A DNA stretch of 64,000 bases, from positions 64,001 through 128,000 of the IMG/VR virus record IMGVR_UViG_3300045738_002037; one strand, 5' to 3'. Under the pieces are notes generated by a model. It did not search any database. It saw only the letters and a list, made by a program, of their open reading frames with translations, and was not told where the DNA came from. Both the position numbers and the translations under genes were made by a program. This document shows positions 59,002-64,000 of the stretch, one piece after another (within the stretch, counting starts at the first letter, position 1; every line of letters starts with the position of its first letter). The DNA is from a virus.

Positions 59002-60819
59002 TTATATAGATTCTACCACTGAAAATCTGTTAGATCGTTTTACCAACAATTCTTTCGGAAAGACATCTTGCATCATATTACGATGAGATATAATCAATAT
59101 TGATTCAATCCTACTAGATAAATCATTCTTAATGATATTGATTAATGATTCAATGCCATCATCATCCATCCTACCGTCAACTTCATCTAAAACAAGAACA
59201 TTACACTGACGACCATACATTTGTTCATGAAGGTCAAACATCGCAAGCATAAAAGCTACATCGGTCCTTTTTCTCTCTCCCCCCGATTGAAATTCATAAC
59301 CCCACATGTTACTAGACACACTTAATGATTTAGTCAAACTAATTTGGATGTCCAGCCCAAAAACACCTAAATAATGTTTCAGCCTATCATTAATATAAGG
59401 AATATGCTCTTCAAACACATGGCTTTTAATTTTGTTTCTGTCATTATAAACTCTATAGATGTAATTATAATGAGAATACAATATAGCATTGCGCCCCATG
59501 TCTTTTTTAATTTCCTTTTTTTCTTCCTTTAAATTGTTGATTTGTTCCTGCATCGAATTTATCGTGCTAGTATGGGGATTATCCTCAGATTGAATATCTT
59601 CAAGTTGCTTTTTAAGCCTATTAATCTCTTTATCATGTCGCTCATATTGATCATGTAAAGATTTGGCCTCTATCATATTAGTATCTGGTTTTTTATTTTC
59701 CAACAATTCTTGCGCATTAGATATTGTCTTCTTAAATTTATCGATCTCCACATTAACAGACTTAATGTTCAAATTATAGTCATTTAATTGTTGTCGTAAT
59801 ACAACAATTTTATCATTAGTGTGAGAATGCGGGATTTCTTGTTCACATTCCATACACACATTTCCAGACTTTTCTTCCCATAATTCGATCTTACTATTGA
59901 TAACACCGGCTTCAGCAGCAATGGCCGATAATTCTGCGATTTTAGAATTAACTTGCTCTTGCAATATATTGATCTTATCACTAATCTTAGCGATAAGATC
60001 CCATCTTTTTTGTAACTTATCTAAGTCTAATAAATTGATAGAATCTCTACTTAATATTTCCTGTTTAATTAAATCATTGCAACTATCGATTCGCTGTTTC
60101 CTTTTATCCTCATAGCTTTCTGTTGATTCTTTAATCTTCAAAATTTCTAATTCAAAGCTTTGTATATTATTGTTTATTATTTCCAATTTTTTATTATTAA
60201 CAATAGAATCATTGTCAATAACGGCACATTTATCCTTAGCGATAGCAGCATAGTAGCTAAAACGATCAACATGCAATGTCCGCTCTATAGCCTTTTTCCT
60301 AGTATTATCCGCCATTTCCAACCATGGTCGACCATACTGTGTGAAAAATACTGAACCACAAAATAGCTCCCAATCTAAATTAAACGCCCTCTCTAATTCA
60401 GACTGTTGATTTCTGGCAGTTGATAATGTTGCGCCAATGGTCTGGTTCTCATCGCCATCCTTAACATAAATAAGTTCATTTTTGCCATCTGTATTGCGTG
60501 TGCGAGTGACACTATCACCATTCTTAAATTTCACAGTGACAGCACAATCTTTCCCAGAATAATAATTAACAACCTTATCGCCTGGACTGGCGGAATGCAT
60601 GGTCTTACCGAACAAGCACCATAATATCGCATTGGGTATACATGATTTTCCAGCGCCGTTGGATCTATTCTTGTTAATATCTTCAGCGTATGGAGACTCT
60701 AATTCTTCTTGAATCTCCCCTACTATTAAGCACTGGCCAAGATTAGATAATTCTATGGTGGTCTGGTAATCACCATATGACATAAAATTCTTAAAAGTAA
60801 CTGAGTCTAATTCTATCAT
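59002..60819 (-). CDS. SbcC/Rad50/T4 gp46-like recombination ATPase
   Basis: FKNFMSYG, NGAGKS, CMEC zinc hook, SGGE, LDE, IISH. Confidence 0.93.
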   Translation of the reverse strand: MIELDSVTFKNFMSYGDYQTTIELSNLGQCLIVGEIQEELESPYAEDINKNRSNGAGKSCIPNAILWCLFGKTMHSASPGDKVVNYYSGKDCAVTVKFKNGDSVTRTRNTDGKNELIYVKDGDENQTIGATLSTARNQQSELERAFNLDWELFCGSVFFTQYGRPWLEMADNTRKKAIERTLHVDRFSYYAAIAKDKCAVIDNDSIVNNKKLEIINNNIQSFELEILKIKESTESYEDKRKQRIDSCNDLIKQEILSRDSINLLDLDKLQKRWDLIAKISDKINILQEQVNSKIAELSAIAAEAGVINSKIELWEEKSGNVCMECEQEIPHSHTNDKIVVLRQQLNDYNLNIKSVNVEIDKFKKTISNAQELLENKKPDTNMIEAKSLHDQYERHDKEINRLKKQLEDIQSEDNPHTSTINSMQEQINNLKEEKKEIKKDMGRNAILYSHYNYIYRVYNDRNKIKSHVFEEHIPYINDRLKHYLGVFGLDIQISLTKSLSVSSNMWGYEFQSGGERKRTDVAFMLAMFDLHEQMYGRQCNVLVLDEVDGRMDDDGIESLINIIKNDLSSRIESILIISHRNMMQDVFPKELLVKRSNRFSVVESI

Positions 60820-60917
60820 TATTATTCATACATGAATGTGCTAGCTAATATTTTATAAAATACAACCAACTATTGAAATTAAAGATATTATAAAAGAATA
60901 CTCTATGGGACAACATA

Positions 60918-61325
60918 ATGCCATATATAAAAAACGAAGATAGAAAAGAATTAAACGATAAAATTTACGCATTAGTCGATTCTATAAATGATACCTCTGA
61001 AGACAATATTGAAGGTGTTCTCAATTACGTAATAACAACCTTACTGACAAGCTCTGTACGGCCAAATGATAAAAAATGGAGATATAAAATCTTTAACAGG
61101 GCTATCGGGATCCTCGAATGCGCAAAACTAGAATTTTATCGTCGATTAATTAGTCAATATGAAGAAAAATGCATCGATGACAATGGTGATGTCAAAGCAT
61201 ACAAAGAATGCTTGAAAGATATTAAATCACAAAAAAGAGAAACAAATGTGCCAGAAGAAGGCGGGATATGGGTAGCATACGGCGAATTTGGATACCCAAA
61301 ATTCCAAAATAACCATGAAAATTGA
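60918..61325 (+). CDS. Conserved phage protein (DUF6899-like)
   Basis: MPYIK, LNYVIT, GILECAKLEFYRR, NGDV; family name recalled, not searched. Confidence 0.7.
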   Translation: MPYIKNEDRKELNDKIYALVDSINDTSEDNIEGVLNYVITTLLTSSVRPNDKKWRYKIFNRAIGILECAKLEFYRRLISQYEEKCIDDNGDVKAYKECLKDIKSQKRETNVPEEGGIWVAYGEFGYPKFQNNHEN

Positions 61326-61695
61326 CCCTAAACAAATCGCTAAGATGATAACGGAAGACCCGGATGAGGTTAATCCGTTAGACAATATAATAGACACATT
61401 TGAAAAAGGTCTAGGCGAGCACGACAGGGACGTTGGCTCTGATGAAATGCATGCTTTCGGTGAAATTATAACAGATCATCTTAATTATAATCATCATTCT
61501 CCAGCAGACTTCAGAGATTTTGAATTTATGACAATACGCGGAGGCCCAGATGACGCAATGTGGAGTGTCGGCAATCAAAATTTTAGCTATGGCCACCCCG
61601 AGGAAACATTTGCAGAATTTATGGGAGTTGTTTATTACGACGATGACCGCATATGGAAATATGAATGGCATGATCGATCCCAAACAAATCGCTAG
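61315..61695 (+). CDS. ITEDP-leader protein 1 (start revised to 61315)
   Basis: MKIDPKQIAKMITEDPDEVNPLD plus acidic module. Confidence 0.75.
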   Translation: MKIDPKQIAKMITEDPDEVNPLDNIIDTFEKGLGEHDRDVGSDEMHAFGEIITDHLNYNHHSPADFRDFEFMTIRGGPDDAMWSVGNQNFSYGHPEETFAEFMGVVYYDDDRIWKYEWHDRSQTNR

Positions 61696-62041
61696 AATGA
61701 TAACGGAAGATCCGGATGAGATCAATCCGTTAGATGATATAGAAGATACGTACTTTCCCTCCCAAGATAATCCAGACGAACATGCCCCGATGAATGTTGC
61801 CTTTGATGAAATGCACGCCTTTGGTGAAATTATAGCAGATTATCTTAATTATAACCATCATTCTCCAGCAGACTTCACAGATTTTGAAGATATGACAATA
61901 CACGGAGGCCCAGATGACGCAATGTGGAGTGTTGATAATCAAAATTTTAGCTATGGCCACCCCGTGTATCAAGAATTTATGGGAGCTGTTTATTACGACG
62001 ATGACCGCATATGGAAATATGAATGGCAAGACCACGCATGA
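61670..62041 (+). CDS. ITEDP-leader protein 2 (start revised to 61670)
   Basis: MIDPKQIARMITEDPDEINPLD plus near-identical acidic module. Confidence 0.75.
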   Translation: MIDPKQIARMITEDPDEINPLDDIEDTYFPSQDNPDEHAPMNVAFDEMHAFGEIIADYLNYNHHSPADFTDFEDMTIHGGPDDAMWSVDNQNFSYGHPVYQEFMGAVYYDDDRIWKYEWQDHA

Positions 62042-62397
62042 AAATTGATCCCAAACAAATAGCCAAGATGATAACGGAAGATCCGAATGAGATCAATCCG
62101 TTAGATGATATAGAAGATATGTACTTTCCCTCCCAGCAAGGAATTCGTTTCGTGCTTTGTCCCGAATGCGGTAGGGAAATCACAGACGAAGACGACATGG
62201 CATATTGTGATGCTGGCCATTTTCCGGACCCTGTCACAGGCACATATTGCCATAATAAAATTTGCAAAATTTCCTGTTTAGATGTTCACAAGACAGGAAT
62301 GTCGCCATCTGGGTGGTTTACAGATGTTGACATGGGTGAATGGTACTGCCCCGATCATGCTGCAGAAGCTCAACAAGAAAGATTCGACCGGGGTTAA
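62038..62397 (+). CDS. ITEDP-leader protein 3 with Cys/His zinc-finger cargo (start revised to 62038)
   Basis: MKIDPKQIAKMITEDPNEINPLD; CPEC, CxxxC, WYCPDH; ATGA overlap. Confidence 0.75.
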   Translation: MKIDPKQIAKMITEDPNEINPLDDIEDMYFPSQQGIRFVLCPECGREITDEDDMAYCDAGHFPDPVTGTYCHNKICKISCLDVHKTGMSPSGWFTDVDMGEWYCPDHAAEAQQERFDRG

Positions 62398-62416
62398 TCA
62401 AACTTTACGTCGGCTC

Positions 62417-64000
62417 TTAACCTTCGTCTATTAAGGCTTCTTTAAACCAATCCGGAAGCATCTTATCGGCATCTCGCAAAAATTTGTATATCGCCTCGTC
62501 AATAATATAAGTCTTCGCCCAATCGTCAACACTTCTGACGCTACGGCCATATGATTGCACAAGCTTTAAAGCCGTCAACCATACGTAATATTTTCTATCA
62601 ACTTCAACCCTAGCAGCAAGTTGCTTATCATCAAAGCAATTAGCATATGGAATTTTACAAATAATCTGAAATCTACTTAAATCATCATATAAATCCACAC
62701 CTTCATGCATGGCTGGCGCTATAATAACACCATTGTGACTTTTAGCATGCTCTTCTAACATATACTTCTTGTTGTTATAGTAATCACGCTGAAAGAAAAA
62801 TCGATTTCTAATATACGGATCGCATTTTTCCTTCAACAAGTTCGCTATTGCAAAATTGTGAGTGTGAACTATGCCGCGCTCCTCACTGTGTTCTGCCATT
62901 ATGTCATTTACTGCGGCTACTAATTTGTCTCCCCATTCGCTATGCATCTTCTTTACACCACCAACCATTCTCGCAGCGGGCCTAATAAAAATCGGCCTAT
63001 TTTCAACAGGAAATCTGTTCTTCATCCGGTAAGCAGCTATTTCATCCCTGTTCAATCCTAAAGACTTACACATCACACCGACATCAAGAACAGTAGCGCT
63101 CATCATGAGTATTCTATCAGCATACTTAAACAACAAACTATCAGCATAATTCTGAATGAAAATCGGTTTTAATGTTACTGACTTATGAGAAGGTTGGCCA
63201 TATTCGCCGCCGGTTTCCTTATATTCCACTATCCAGTTGCTACCCGACTCTTCAACGTGATCTACAAACATTTGAAACTTATGGTGAAGCCTCTTAATTT
63301 CATCTTCAAGAGCAGTATCTTCTGATTCACGAGCTTGCATGATAATCTGATTTAAGACATTTGGAATATCACAATCAGCATACCATTCGGCATACTTATA
63401 GGCATTATCATACTCTGGAATTTCAACACCATGTTTTTGCAATTGAACGTCGTTCAATGTTACTGACACAAAATCCAATAATTGCGGTTCTACATTATGA
63501 CATTCATCAATAATCAGCATGCCTCTTGGCTCATCAAACCTTTTCGTCATTTGAGTTTGATATAAAAAGCTTGAAAAATTCATAACCACATTGTGATTAT
63601 TAATAGCTTGATAAACCTGTTCATAATAAGGGCATGCGCTATATTGAGACCCAGCAGGTAATACTTCCAAATATCCCGCTACTGGCCCGCTTGGAGTAAA
63701 ACAATCAAGACATTTATAACCTTGTTTCCGTTTTCTACAAAATCCGGCATCACAACTTGATCTTTCAGATAGTGCTTTAGATAATGACTTCTTAGTCATC
63801 AATTTTCTATCAATAAGCTTATCGCCCATTCTCTCATAAAACGTGCATGGATAAGCATTGCGGCCTTTTAATTCGGTAACATCGTCAAAGTCGCTAGCCA
63901 ACTGATCTTGCAATATTTTAGTGATGGTTAAATAGTAAGCGTTTCTGGAAAGATTGGCCATCGCCATCCCTATAGGCGACTTGCCGCTGCCAGTCGGGCA
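62417..64000 (-). CDS. DinG/XPD-family SF2 helicase with Fe-S-type Cys region (5' end beyond window)
   Basis: Last bases translate CPTGSGKS on the minus strand; KGRNAYPC, CPYY, IDECHN, MSAT, EGVD, QSYGRSVR. Confidence 0.92.
   Translation of the reverse strand, partial: CPTGSGKSPIGMAMANLSRNAYYLTITKILQDQLASDFDDVTELKGRNAYPCTFYERMGDKLIDRKLMTKKSLSKALSERSSCDAGFCRKRKQGYKCLDCFTPSGPVAGYLEVLPAGSQYSACPYYEQVYQAINNHNVVMNFSSFLYQTQMTKRFDEPRGMLIIDECHNVEPQLLDFVSVTLNDVQLQKHGVEIPEYDNAYKYAEWYADCDIPNVLNQIIMQARESEDTALEDEIKRLHHKFQMFVDHVEESGSNWIVEYKETGGEYGQPSHKSVTLKPIFIQNYADSLLFKYADRILMMSATVLDVGVMCKSLGLNRDEIAAYRMKNRFPVENRPIFIRPAARMVGGVKKMHSEWGDKLVAAVNDIMAEHSEERGIVHTHNFAIANLLKEKCDPYIRNRFFFQRDYYNNKKYMLEEHAKSHNGVIIAPAMHEGVDLYDDLSRFQIICKIPYANCFDDKQLAARVEVDRKYYVWLTALKLVQSYGRSVRSVDDWAKTYIIDEAIYKFLRDADKMLPDWFKEALIDEG

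Larger units (their letters stand above)
61315..62135 (+). repeat. Three ~75-95 bp leader repeats (at 61315, 61670, 62038) and two ~225 bp module repeats (about 61441-61670 and 61805-62028)
   Basis: gatgataacggaaga...aatccgttaga three times; gatgaaatgca...atatggaaatatgaatggca twice. Confidence 0.9.

Noticed and set aside
61315-62135. Spaced repeats as a CRISPR array or DGR template/variable pair
   Set aside because: Repeats are protein-coding, long and about 360 bp apart; differences are not confined to adenines; no cas or reverse transcriptase gene is seen
1-64000. tRNA, rRNA or IS elements; bacterial chromosome origin
   Set aside because: No cloverleaf, rRNA or transposase recognised by eye, and intergenic gaps are mostly short; gp32/UvsY/gp41/gp46/gp55-like content indicates a phage

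Overview
AT-rich, gene-dense segment of a very large (jumbo/huge) dsDNA tailed phage, mostly encoded on the minus strand, standard genetic code. It has a T4-like replication/recombination core (FEN-type 5'-3' exonuclease, gp32-like SSB, UvsY-like, DnaB/gp41 helicase, RecA, Holliday junction resolvase, gp46/SbcC, DinG-like helicase), two atypical DNA polymerases (PHP-less DnaE, minimal family A), a glycan-modification set (GTs, sulfotransferases, KdsA, sialidase-like, Maf/GT42-like) and a 5,291-aa mosaic adhesin/depolymerase. Several genes point to a Planctomycetota host (inference). Main finding: the PurA homologue at 51432-52547 has PurZ signatures (Ser for the catalytic Asp, TTVTKRLRR, LNFANY). 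This suggests 2-aminoadenine (Z) nucleotide synthesis in an AT-rich jumbo phage. No DatZ or MazZ is recognisable in the window; instead purZ lies near a nucleotide N-glycosidase/NDT-fold gene and a degenerate DeoC-fold gene. Also notable: a reusable N-terminal leader (IDPKQIAKMITEDP) on unrelated small proteins at two loci, a divergent pair of sigma-like genes with a candidate GTATTT promoter motif, and nested domain insertion in the giant protein. All family calls come from motif recognition; no database search was run.
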